Shown: positions 25,338 to 36,180 of the stretch, piece by piece
How the letters are laid out: every line of letters starts with the position of its first letter
How positions within the stretch are numbered: position 1 is the first letter of the stretch
Assembly: GCA_010015585.1 (NCBI GenBank)
Contig: ML975149.1
DNA: 42,633 nucleotides
Source of the DNA: Eremomyces bilateralis CBS 781.70
Lineage: Eukaryota
Strand: one strand, 5' to 3'
Translations under genes and position numbers: made by a program
Notes under the pieces: generated by a model
Databases searched by the model: none
Seen by the model: the letters and a program-made list of their open reading frames with translations, nothing else
What the model was told of the DNA's origin: nothing

Positions 25338-25523
25338 TGTTGAACGTTTTGGCGTGTCGATCAATCACGGAAGCAATAGGATACCTGTTCAGAGGCAGTG
25401 AGATGCTTGTATTCGGTCAGAAGTACATAGTTTACCTTGGAGGGTATATATATCCCCAGGCTTATGTAATCTTATGTAATCTACAAGATGCGGTGACTAA
25501 GTAATAGCCGCGGATTTCCGACA
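25338..25523 (-). mobile_element. Solo LTR (186 bp), no matching target-site duplication
   Basis: Minus strand TGTCGG...TCAACA; reverse complement of 35847-36031 at roughly 90% identity by eye; flanks AGATA and CACCC differ. Confidence 0.85.
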
Positions 25524-26067
25524 CACCCCCCCAGATCTTTTCTAGATCTGTATATCATAACCGTATCGCGGAGTTATCCTTCTGAATCACTTACGTTCGT
25601 TTCGGTGACAGATGTAATCATATCTCGTGGGATTGTGATGAGATGCTGAATAGATCGCATATTCAGGTGCTCGAGGAATTTCCGATGGTGCGTAGGGCAC
25701 GCGTACTACGTATTGCAAAGTCGAGGAAGGCGACACACCCAAAGACAGGAGACGTTCTCGGATTTGATAGATTGGATGGCGCATGCAGTCTAACTCATTA
25801 TGTCCCGCACAAACTACCTCACGCAGCCTTAAATTAAAGTGGACGTGAATATCTTGCGCCACCTAATTATATGCTGCCACCAACTTACATGCCTGCTGTA
25901 GGTAGTGCTTGTATTTCTCGTCTTGTACTACTGGTCCAGTCTCCGCTGCGCAGTTACATTGGTCGCAACCGCGGCGAGGAAATGTGCTCAAGAAACATGC
26001 TCAAGAAACATGCTCATGAAACAAGGGCAGATATGTATCTGGATAATTTCCTTCTGAATGTGATGGT

Positions 26068-27746
26068 ATGCCTTTTTTGCATTCGTTCTTCGCCACAATG
26101 TCGCTTCTTCCGTACTCGATGTCTCTTGCAAACTGCTCTTCTCTAGCAATTTCACTTCCTACCGTTTTTGGAGCCAAGTTATTGTCATTGGAAGCATATC
26201 CTGTTCGGAACTATTCAAAATCTGTTTCAATTGAAAGCAATTTCAACCATGACAGTCTCGAAGTCACTAATATCAGCGTCTGCAATGTCACGGTGACTCA
26301 TACACATCCAGGCCAAGGCGACACTCTAACCACACAGATTTGGCTACCGGTTCAGCCTCAATGGAACGAGCGAATGCAAGCGATAGGTGGAGGAGGCTGG
26401 TTAGCTGGAGCGTCAGAATACCAAGAGCCAGGCATGGCGGCCGCAGTTTTTGACGGCTACGCTGCGATAACCACCGATGGTGGAGTGCCCGGAGACGGCA
26501 TGAGTACCCCTTGGGCGTTGCTGAGCCCGGGTAACGTCAATCTCTATGCCCTTCAGAATGTCGCATCAGTCTCGTTGAACGATGCGGCTTTGATTGGGAA
26601 GAGCGTTATTCAGAGCTTCTACGGCAAGCGACCGACGTTCTCCTATTTCAGCGGATGCTCACACGGTGGCCGCCAGGGCCTCATGCTCGCACAACGGTAT
26701 CCCACAGCATTTGATGGCATTGCTGCCTCTGCCCCGGGAGTCAATTGGCCGAATTTCTTCGTTGCGAATTGGTTCCCTCAGCAGGTGATGAATGAGATGA
26801 AACAATATCCACATCCTTGCGAGCTGGAGGCGCTTACCAAAGCGGCGATCAAAGCATGTGATCCGAACGACGGCCTGACGGACGGTCTGATCTCAGACCC
26901 AGACTCATGCCACTTTAATCCGCAGACTCTCGTCGGAACGGGTCTGAATTGCAGTGCCACGGGGGGACCGAAAGCAATATCAGAGGCGGCGGCGGCTGTA
27001 GCCAACGCGGCATGGACTGGCGCCAGGAGCTCGAACGGTTCGATGTTGTGGTACACGCTCGGATACGAAGCGGACCTCACCACCATGATGAGCATCGCTT
27101 CGACCATGTGCTCGGAAGGCGGGATGTGCATGCCCGGAGAGCACAATTCCCTATTCTCGAGTTGGATCCAGCAGTTTGTAAAGAAGGACGAGCACTTTGA
27201 CCTGTCGAGCATGTCGAGGTCGGACTACGAGCGGGTATTCCGGGCCAGCGTTCGGGAGTATGAGTCGATCATCGGCTCGAACTTCGCGGATCTCTCGGAA
27301 TTTCGCGAGAGTGGAGGCAAGATCATTACGGTTCATGGACTTGTGAGTGGGCTTTTGTTTTAGACGTTCAATGAGAGGCCGCTGGGCGGCCGCACTAACT
27401 CGCGAACCATCAGGCGGATGAGACGGTGCCATACCAGAATACACGGCACTACTACGACGCGGTAACAGCGCTGGATCCCGAGGTCCACGACTTCTACCGT
27501 CTCTTCGAGTCTCCAGGTCTGGCACATTGTGCCCCTGGCGCTGGTGCATACCCAGCAGGCACTTTCAAGGCGTTGGTTGAATGGGTGGAGCATGGGGTCG
27601 CCCCTAGAACATTGCTGGGGAAATTTCAGAGAAGCCCGCAGGCGAACCAGACAAACCAGCAGCCAAATGAGACGAGGATTCTCTGTCCATATCCGCAGAG
27701 GGCTCGTTATCTCGGCGGGGGGTCTGTGCGTTTCGCTTGCTCTTAG
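26068..27746 (+). CDS. Tannase / feruloyl esterase family hydrolase
   Basis: IWLP..WNERMQAIGGGG, nucleophile motif YFSGCSHGGRQG, YPTAFDGI, CDPNDGLTDGLIS, GGKIITVHGL|ADETVP (intron 27343-27413), FESPGLAHC, LCPYPQRARY. Confidence 0.92.
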
Positions 27747-27989
27747 TAGTAGAGAACATTCTCGTTAGCATCGTGAGATTTTAAGTATCTCATGATGGTT
27801 TCTCAAAGGCGTAACCTAAATTACGGAACCTTTGGCTGAGTAGTTGATTGATTGATTGCTTCATGCACCTGTTCGGGCCAACATCGGTCGCCTATATGGG
27901 AACTGGCTGACTAATCTACATTGTGTGAGGCGTTCTGCTCCTGCTCTGTTCTTATTCTCCCTGTTCCAATTCATGTAGCCGAGAACAGA

Positions 27990-28320
27990 TTCGAGAGCCC
28001 ATGCAGAGCATTCAAAGGAAACAGGGTCATCACGCTAGAGAAAACGGTACATGGACGGGTTCGTGGTTTTACAAGCTAACAGAAACGCATATTCCGGAGC
28101 TTGTGCCTCCATCACTTATTGGTATGATGTCCCAAAGTTGTTGAATAGAAGGGTCCATATTCCTAATCCGATAGTATTCCATCGCGAAGCGAGGCAGAGA
28201 CTATCTATCTGCTCTTGGAGTTCAGGGGGTAATGATGAGAAAGCGAACCCGGCTTCCGGTTGTTTGTGTGGCTGACGGCGCTGTTTCGCTATGCACGACA
28301 TTTCAGATGTAGAGCCCATG
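27990..28320 (-). pseudogene. Possible decayed F-box-like (2EXR-type) gene fragment
   Basis: FAFSSLPPELQEQI resembles the F..LPPELR..I start motif; after an in-frame stop the frame continues ...FLLACK. Weak support. Confidence 0.3.
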
Positions 28321-28651
28321 ATAGATGGACGCTGGACGAAAGAAATCAAACAGGCGGGTGGATATACGAAGAAAGAAAAAGGTACGGCGATGAAAAGAGG
28401 ATGAGGAGGGGCGAATATTATATCGTCGTAATTATGGCCAATATCCCGCAAAGTCCTGTGCCTGGGGGCGGAAGGCAGAGCTTGGTGAGAGAATGAGCTC
28501 GATTTAAGGAGCTCAAGTCAAATGCAAACAGAGGGGTGGGAGAACCAATAAGAGGAGGCCACGTGTCATCGACCTTAATGTCTCACCTTTTCACTGCGAT
28601 AATCTTTTACAGAACCTGCTGCTCAGCAATTTGGTGCTCTTGAACGACCAA

Positions 28652-31222
28652 ATGGCCGACACAAGCCTGAAGCTAACATCCAGAAAGTCATCGACCCCTC
28701 AAGGACCCCTTGATGTTAACCCAGCAGACCAAAACCCTGGATTCAAATACTCGTCACTGCCAGAGAAAGAGGCAGTGATTCGTCTTCTCAAACTTCTTCC
28801 GGGCGAACCTGAGGACGATATCCGATGTGTGCTCAATGACTACAACCTTGAAGGTGCTGATCAAAAGCCATATGAAGCAATCTCTTATGTATGGGGGACA
28901 GAGGAACACTCGACTAAGATTATTGTCAACAACGAAAGGGTGAAGGTTCGACAGAATCTGCACTTAGCATTGCAATGCCTTCGACACAAATATTCGGCTC
29001 GAACGGTTTGGGTAGATGCGATATGTATTAACCAGAACAACAATAAAGAGAGAAGCCATCAAGTGGATCTGATGAGGAACATCTACCAAGGAGCAGATCA
29101 GGTAGTCGTCTGGCTTGGAGCAAGCAAAAAGCAAACCGATATTGCCATGGACTCTCTAGAGTATATGAGATATATGCTTAATAAATGTGGCGTAGGACAG
29201 AAGGAAGAATTGAAAAGGACGTCTCTTTCAAGGATTAATATCCATCATCAAGAAGCAATTGAAGGTTTTCAAGACCTTCTTCGGAGGCAATGGTTTCAAA
29301 GAGCCTGGATCATCCAGGAGATTGCTCTTGCGCGCGACGCTACCATTATGTGTGGGAAGAAGTCAATCCCAGCAGGGATATTCTCCTCTCTGTCCTGGAT
29401 GCTTGGGAAATCTTTCGAAATATCTCCAATCGAGCCCGTATTGAATGTTATGCCCGGATTCTCGAAAGACACGAAAGAGTCCTGGTGGAACATGGAACGG
29501 GACCTCTTTGCGCTTCTTCTTAAATTTCGTAACAATGAAGCAACTGAATTGAGGGACAAGATCTATGCTTTTCTTGGTATTGCAAGCGACATTAAGGATG
29601 GGAACTTTGAAGCGAGCTACGAGATCGGTGATGAAGAGCTTGTTCAAGACGTTGTGTCCTTCCTTTCCTTTGGAGTCAAGATTGATCGCTCCCTCTTCAG
29701 TGCTCCGCGATGGACATTGCATGATTTCTTCAAGAATTTAGCCTTCCTTCCGTTCATTGTTTCGGACGGAGTCAATCAATCGACCACCGTGTCGCCAGAA
29801 GCATTGAAGATTCTTTGTACAACGCGCTCTACAATTGTTGATCACGCTCACGCTAGAAGGACGCGCATCTCGACCGGTGGAGAAATTGAAGCATTTATAA
29901 CCCTTTCGAAGAACTCTAAGGAGAGTCACAGTATTCAAAACGGTACTAGGACAGTGTGTCAAGTTATCTTCAGTCATCTCTTCGAATCAAATTACCCGAG
30001 CTGGAATAATGATGGTGGATTTGAGCTTCTATTAAAAGCAGCAAAAGAGGGACACGTAGTAATCACGAGGCATTTGCTTTCAACCATAATTGTTGGAGGT
30101 AACTCGAAGGGTAACGACGGCCGAACACCGTTGTGGTGGGCCGCTGCGAACGGGCACGAGGCCATCGTCAAGTTGCTGCTCGACACAGGCAAGGTTAATG
30201 TTAACTCAAAGGATAACTACGACCGGACGCCACTGTCGAGTGCCGCTGAGCACGGGCACGAGGGTGTTATCAAACTGCTGCTCGAGACAGGCCAAGTCGA
30301 CGCCAACTCGAAGGATAACGACGACATGACACCGCTGTCGAGTGCCGCTGAGCATGGTCACGAGGGCGTCATCAAGCTGCTGCTCGAGACAGGCCTAGTT
30401 GACGCCGACTTGAAGGATAAAGATGGCTGGAGGCCGCTGTGGAGGGCCGCTGCGAACGGGCACGAAGGCGCCGTCAAGCTGCTGCTCGAGACAGGCCAAG
30501 TTGACGCCGACTCGATGGATATTTATGGGTGGACAACGCTGTCGAGGGCCGCTGCGAACGGGCACGAAGGCGTCGTCAAGCTGCTGCTCGAGACAGGCCA
30601 AGTCGACGCCGACTCGAAGTATAACTATTATGGCTGGACACCACTGTCGAGGGCCGCTGAGAACGGGCACGATGGCATCGTCAAGCTGCTGCTCGGGACA
30701 GGCCAAGTCGACGCCGACTCGATGGATATGTATGGCATGACGCCGCTGTGGAGGGCCACTGCGAACGGGCACGAAGGCGCCGTCAAGCTGCTGCTCGAGA
30801 CAGGCCAAGTCGACGCCGACCCGAAGGATAATGATGGCGGGACGCCGCTGTGGAGGGCCGTTACGTGCGGGTACGAGGGCGTCGTCAAGCTGCTGCTCGG
30901 GACAGGCCAAGTCGACGCCGACTCGAAGAATAGCTTTTTTGGCGAGACACCGCTGTCGAGGGCCGCTGCGAACGGGCACGAGGCCATCATCAAGCTGCTG
31001 CTGGACACGGGCCAGGTCGACGCCAACTCAAAGGGCATGTGCGGCCGAACACCGCTGTGGTGGGCCGCTGTGAACGGGCACGAGGCCATCGTCAAGCTAT
31101 TGCTAGACACTGGCAATGTCGACGCCGACTCGAAGGATGACTACGGCCGGACGCCACTGTCGATGACCGCCATGAACGGACAAGAGGCTATCGTCAAGCT
31201 GCTCCAACAAAAAGGCTGCTAA
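28652..31222 (+). CDS. HET-domain plus ankyrin-repeat protein (heterokaryon-incompatibility / NLR-like)
   Basis: HET motifs IRLLKL, YEAISYVWG, VWVDAICINQ..ERSHQVDLMRNIYQGADQVVVWLG, WFQRAWIIQE, RDKIYA; 11 near-identical ankyrin repeats plus one degenerate repeat. Confidence 0.93.
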   Translation: MADTSLKLTSRKSSTPQGPLDVNPADQNPGFKYSSLPEKEAVIRLLKLLPGEPEDDIRCVLNDYNLEGADQKPYEAISYVWGTEEHSTKIIVNNERVKVRQNLHLALQCLRHKYSARTVWVDAICINQNNNKERSHQVDLMRNIYQGADQVVVWLGASKKQTDIAMDSLEYMRYMLNKCGVGQKEELKRTSLSRINIHHQEAIEGFQDLLRRQWFQRAWIIQEIALARDATIMCGKKSIPAGIFSSLSWMLGKSFEISPIEPVLNVMPGFSKDTKESWWNMERDLFALLLKFRNNEATELRDKIYAFLGIASDIKDGNFEASYEIGDEELVQDVVSFLSFGVKIDRSLFSAPRWTLHDFFKNLAFLPFIVSDGVNQSTTVSPEALKILCTTRSTIVDHAHARRTRISTGGEIEAFITLSKNSKESHSIQNGTRTVCQVIFSHLFESNYPSWNNDGGFELLLKAAKEGHVVITRHLLSTIIVGGNSKGNDGRTPLWWAAANGHEAIVKLLLDTGKVNVNSKDNYDRTPLSSAAEHGHEGVIKLLLETGQVDANSKDNDDMTPLSSAAEHGHEGVIKLLLETGLVDADLKDKDGWRPLWRAAANGHEGAVKLLLETGQVDADSMDIYGWTTLSRAAANGHEGVVKLLLETGQVDADSKYNYYGWTPLSRAAENGHDGIVKLLLGTGQVDADSMDMYGMTPLWRATANGHEGAVKLLLETGQVDADPKDNDGGTPLWRAVTCGYEGVVKLLLGTGQVDADSKNSFFGETPLSRAAANGHEAIIKLLLDTGQVDANSKGMCGRTPLWWAAVNGHEAIVKLLLDTGNVDADSKDDYGRTPLSMTAMNGQEAIVKLLQQKGC
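30116..31219 (+). repeat. Coding tandem array of ~102-105 bp ankyrin units (11 copies)
   Basis: Recurrent gggcacga.ggc..cgtcaagctgctgctcgagacaggccaagtcgacgccgactcg core; GC-richer than the HET half of the gene. Confidence 0.95.
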
Positions 31223-31930
31223 GCCGAAGAATGCCCAGACCAGCGCTAACTGCCAGACATCCTCTAGAGTACTTCTGCTAAGTCCGTGGTTGGAGAAGAG
31301 CTTCATAATCAACTTAGTTTGGTTTCCGTGAGAAGATACAAGTTCATGCTTATTATAATCTATTCATCTTTTCACTTCCGAATCTCTATTCTATAGAGGG
31401 ATCCGAGGTAGCGGGTTCTTTAATAGCGAAGGCAAAGTTCGAATAAGGTTATTTCTAGCATCTTCTAGAAGGGCTGAGCAAAGATCGCGTGGTAGCTCAA
31501 GAACTCCGATTTCAACCACCTCTAGAGCATCAGCAAGAAGAGAAATGAAAAAAAAAATTGTAGGTATAAAAGAGAAAGGTCTGTTACGGCACGGTAGCTG
31601 GATGCACACAACATACACGTAGTCAAAGATATTCTTGATTAAGCTAAAGAAGAGAGCAAGAAGGGGAAGCCGTCTTGTTTATATCGAAGAGGGTTGGACT
31701 CTGATTCAACCCTTGACCTAATCAGGCTTAGGCTCGCAGCCCTAGCCAACCAAGGGTTTCAACCCATAACATTACCCACAGTACGCAGCTAGATCTCCGT
31801 TTTCACTCGTTAAAAACAGCAGTGTTACCATGTTTGCTTTTCTGATAACCCCTATGCAATCCACCAGCCACATCTCTGTGGCAATCAGCCACACCCAAGG
31901 GCCCAGGCCACAGGCCTGGGACCATAACAG

Positions 31931-32053
31931 CACCCGCGGAAAACCCCAACCCGCGGGTTCCCCCGGGTTTCTTGGCTGCGGTTGCGGTTGGGTTGGGGTG
32001 CCAAGGCCCGCGGTTGCGGTTGGGGTTGGGGCCTCAGAGCAAGCCAGACACTG
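31931..32053. repeat. GC-rich quasi-palindromic repeat patch, possible DNA-transposon end remnant
   Basis: aaccccaacccgcgggtt, repeated gcggttgcggttggg(g)ttgggg, ending ...ccagacactg; no partner TIR with TSD found. Confidence 0.4.
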
Positions 32054-33147
32054 TACACACATTGATATTTCTAAAGTTTTGTTTAATTCGTGCGATGTAG
32101 CCATTCCTTAACTTCAAGACCACTTCTACTTAAAAAATTACGTTGGCATCGCCGCCTTCTCGCCTGATTCCCGGAGAGTCTTCTTCCATACCGTAACAGA
32201 ATTATTCAGCCAAAGCACCACCATCGTACCCTTACTACGTTTAAAACTCATTAAAGGCCCTTATCCGAGTCTTAGAGTCCTACAACGATGCTAGGCATCA
32301 TCATCACTCTTGAGGCTGGAGTCGGGTGCAAATTTGCACAAGTTCGCCATGCAGATCACTACTTCAATTCCAAACGATGAATGATTCTGGCTAGCGCGGA
32401 ACAATATCCACGTAACATATACACAACCGTGATATAATTTGGCTGGGGACAAATCTCACCAGCCAACCTCTGATCTCTGACAACTTGTTTAATCATCATC
32501 CTCGCGAAATGCGTCAGTTCCGGCTCCCAGGATCAGAGTTGTGTAAAGCGCACGTTTTTGACGACCACCTTTTGAAGAGCAAGTTTGAGGCCTTTTCTGA
32601 TGATGGATCATGTCATGCCTCGAGTTACTTAAATATAATCCAATGCCCTACAACCAGTCACATCCTCTCCTAAGACCTGGGAGGCCCTGTATTGGCCAGC
32701 CAAGCATTTTAACCATGCCTCGGCACAGAGCTAAGCAGCTTGGAGGACATGGTCCTGTCGCATTACGCGGGGGTAATGATTAAGCAAGTTCGCTGCTTAA
32801 GCTCAGTTACTGTGTAGACACAGCGCATGTTGATATTGACGATTCCCATTGTATAGAAGAGTGTGTTCCAGCTAGCTAAACCGTTGAAGATAAGCAAATA
32901 CATAGGAAAAGAGTGAGCAGTCCTAAATAGGCTTAGCCTAGGGGTAATGGGCAGAGAAAGGAATGTTGCCTGGTGGTAGAAACGAACAGGGGCATCTTGC
33001 GACAGGTCCTCCCTGTTGGTTGGATGGAAGGCCTTGAGACGAAGATATATATGCTCTGCTGCTTGTCCGGATCCCGAAACAACGGTAGCTAACTCTGAAC
33101 TTTGTCTTGCATTTCAGAACTTCAACAGCACGCGAAAGATCGTCGTC

Positions 33148-35081
33148 ATGGACCACGGACCAGTGGAAGTCGCAGACTGGTATGCAGCGCTCCCTCTCTC
33201 TGACCCTCGATGCCGCAACGACTCCTGCATCGAGTTTTACGCGGACCATAATGCCTCGCAGAAGGCGATCAGTTGGGACTCGCAGTTCCGGTACGGGCAC
33301 TTGGTGTTATGGTACTACACCATCATACTCGCATTCTTCGTCGCGGTACACTTCACATATGTCGTTATAGATAGGACGCCTTGTCCTAGCGCAGAAAGGA
33401 ATCCAAGTACATTGGACAAATCCGTGGCCATGGTCCGAACCATCTCGTACCGGAGAATACCAGGGAAGCTGGGAGAGTACTTGGGCGCTCCGGGGTTGGG
33501 TGTCAGCCTTCTTGTATTTCTGTCGGTGCTTACAGTAACGATCATGGCATTTGTGCAGCATCCGTACTACCGCCCTTTCCGAGCGTACGGATCTCCTCCG
33601 CTTGGTGTCCGGACGGGATTAATGGCCAACGCTGTAATTCCTCTGACCGTTGCTCTCGCTGGGAAGGTGAACATTGTCACTCTCTTGACCGGATATGGTC
33701 ATGAGAAGTTGAACACGATTCATCGCTGGGCGGGGTGGATATTGTTTTACTTGTCGATGCTTCACACCATCCCTTTTCTGATCCAGTCGAGTTCTGCCAA
33801 AGAAGGAGGCGCTGCTAGATTACGCAAAAAGTTTTATGCTCCAGGTGCACTTGAGGTACGATCGACCACGCTCCGCATCAGACATTCCGACTCACAATGA
33901 GACCCCAGTACAATGGCACTCCTCCCCTTGGTATGCTCGCGTGGCTCGCTCTCCTATCTCTTCCCATCGTCCGTCGCCTCGCGTATGAGCTCTTCGTTCA
34001 TACGCATGTGATGGCCGCGATCGTGTTCCTTGGCCTCATGTACTGGCACTGCGGGAACTTGGGCGATAGTTGGGCTTATCTATGGGCCACAACGGCGCTG
34101 TGGCTTGCCTCGATCCTCGCCCGCTTCTTCTGGAAGATGTCCGCTTTCAAGCTCACGGGGCATTGGCTTCGCGGTTGCCCGACGACAGTCCGTGTCTTGG
34201 AACCGGGCAAGAACGGAATGGCAAGACTCGATGTCGTCGTACCGGGGGACTGGACATGGAAACCGGGTCAACACTGCTTTCTACGATTTCCACAGCTTCG
34301 GCTATTCGATCATCATCCGTTTACGATCAGCTCCCTCCCGGTCCACTTTGGTTCCTCTTTTGGAGGCATCCAGGTGAAAGTCGAACAGGTGAATGTGCTC
34401 ACATTCTTCATTCGTTCGCAGAAAGGATTCACCCGTCGACTGCTGTCCGAAGCCAGCAAGTCGCCCGACTACCAGGTTTCCGCGATTGTGGACGGCCCGT
34501 ATGGGACGCGGATGCGTACCCTTCAGCATGTCTACGAGGATGTAGTGCTGGTTGCAGGCGGTGCCGGGATAACGGCGGTGTTGCCATGGCTTTTGCATTT
34601 GGCACAGTGCATACGTGGAAACTGCGACATTGTGACAAAGCGGGTGGCGCTTATTTGGATGGTGAGGAACGAGTCTAGTGTAACGTGGATTCGGAACGAA
34701 CTCAAAGGGCTACGAGATCTCACTACTAGTGGCCATTGTGTAGTCCATGTCCATGTGACAAGGAGCAGTGAAAACGGTAGCCCAACGATCGAGGCCAGCA
34801 CAGATTTAGAGGTCAAGGAGAAGGAAGTAGGCGAAGCGATCACGGAGGACGGGTCCAGCGGAAACGGCAGCGACTTGCCAATCGAGAAGCGATTTGACGG
34901 GCGCCCGAACCTGGGAGAGCTGATACCCAAGATGGTTGGCAAGACCCGCACCGCTGTGCTGGGTTGTGGCCCGGAAGGTCTGAAGATCGACTTAAGCAAT
35001 GCGGTGGCTGGCCTTCAGCGGACGGTGCTTCGAGGCGAGGCAAACGAAGTCATGCTTCACACTGAGGCGTTTAATTGGTAA
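33148..35081 (+). CDS. Ferric reductase-like transmembrane protein (FRE/NOX family)
   Basis: PLGVRTG, ALAGKVNIVTLLTGYGHEKLNTIHRWAG...MLHT, YELFVHTH...YWH (heme His pairs), WKPGQH, HPFTISS (FAD), VDGPYG, VLVAGGAGIT, CGPEGL, LHTEAFNW; intron 33856-33908. Confidence 0.93.
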
Positions 35082-35383
35082 GCCTTGGTCGCTCAGAGCA
35101 TGATAGACTCCAAGATATGATTTGGTTAGGATGTAATCAGATATCAAAATGTACGTACATAGTGTTGTAAATACGTGAAATTCTCTGGTCTCATAAACGC
35201 CTCGAATCCAACAGAACTCTACTGCTGCTTCCGTTGGTTCGGATCTAGATTCGTGGTAGACAGGCGATGCCGACGTTATGTTGGTTGACTTGTCCGTCCA
35301 CACTTCTAAACTTAGAACAGCTGGCTTGTGGAAACAGGAGGGTACGGGCCCTGACGACGAATGACAAGGGTTGCATTACCAAT

Positions 35384-35432
35384 TCAGAACGGGCTTCTTT
35401 GCTTGGAGTGCAAGCAAAGAAGCCCGTTCTGA
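35384..35432. repeat. Perfect 22 bp inverted repeat with 5 nt loop
   Basis: tcagaacgggcttctttgcttg-gagtg-caagcaaagaagcccgttctga. Confidence 0.95.
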
Positions 35433-35846
35433 TTTTGTGCAGTTTCAGAGCCTTCTTATGGTATAGAAACTAGCGAAATTGGCTTCCGGTTTTTGCAGCT
35501 CCAGAAACTTTTAGAGCACAGCCTCCTTTTAGGTCTTGGCGTAAACTACATTCATGCATCGATTCTTAGTGATCTGTGCGCCACAGTATTGTTTCAGATT
35601 TCAGAATTCAGGCTTTCAGGGCTCAGGCTTTCAGGCTTTCAGGGCTTTGTGCCTGGTGGTATCACAGGTTCCCTGAGGTTACTTTTCGAATCTCCTCTCA
35701 GATCGCTGATGATGGGCAAAGTGAGGCCCTCGATAATGGCCCAGCCATAGGCAGGTACGTTGGGCCTCTCCGGCCCAATTTTTAAGGACTGTAAAAGCCT
35801 GTTCTGGGGCGTTGGGAGCCCGATGTCCACGCAGGTACTGTCTATC

Positions 35847-36031
35847 TGTTGGAACTCCGCGGCTATTACTTAGTCACCGCACCTTGTAGATTACATAAGA
35901 TTACATAAGCCCTGGGTATATATACCCGTCAAGGTAAACTATGTACTTCTGACCGAATACAAGCATCTCACTGCCTCTGAACAGGTATCCTATTGTTTCC
36001 GTGATTGATTGACACGCCAAAACGATCAACA
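35847..36031 (+). mobile_element. Solo LTR (185 bp) with 5 bp target-site duplication CTATC
   Basis: Starts TGTTG, ends CAACA; CTATC at 35842-35846 and 36032-36036; internal gggtatatataccc TATA-like palindrome. Confidence 0.92.
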
Positions 36032-36180
36032 CTATCTGTTCACCCCTGCAACCCATTCACACTCCTTCTTATGCCTATTGTCTGAGAGTAGAAGCAACCA
36101 ATTTTGTAGGGGCAAAAGTAGTTTTCGTAGGGTCTTGCCCTCACGAAATGAATGGTACTTGCTCCGTCGTCCTCGTTTTG

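Larger units (their letters stand above)
21899..36180 (+). mobile_element. Starship-like element (~14.3 kb) inserted in a 5S rRNA gene
   Basis: Bounded by co-oriented 3' and 5' 5S fragments; captain-like recombinase is the first gene, ~290 bp inside and pointing inward; imperfect terminal IR aaacgaggtcga (21906-21917) / tcgtcctcgttt (36167-36178), 11/12; cargo includes ferric reductase and HET-ankyrin genes. Left boundary uncertain by ~8 nt. Confidence 0.8.

Noticed and set aside
25587..25862. Overlapping 64-91 aa ORFs beside the left LTR
   Set aside because: No recognisable domain, and they do not continue the truncated Cys-rich gene.
25985..26023. 13 bp tandem repeat (tgctcaagaaaca x3) upstream of the tannase gene
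   Set aside because: Short slippage-type repeat with no further support for a function.
30116..31219. CRISPR-like regularly spaced repeats
   Set aside because: Units are in-frame ankyrin codons in a eukaryotic gene, with no unique spacers and no cas genes.
25338..36031. A 10.7 kb Mutator/Pack-MULE-like element with ~185 bp terminal inverted repeats
   Set aside because: Each repeat has its own TGT...ACA ends and the right copy has its own 5 bp TSD (CTATC), so they are solo LTRs; no TSD flanks the pair.
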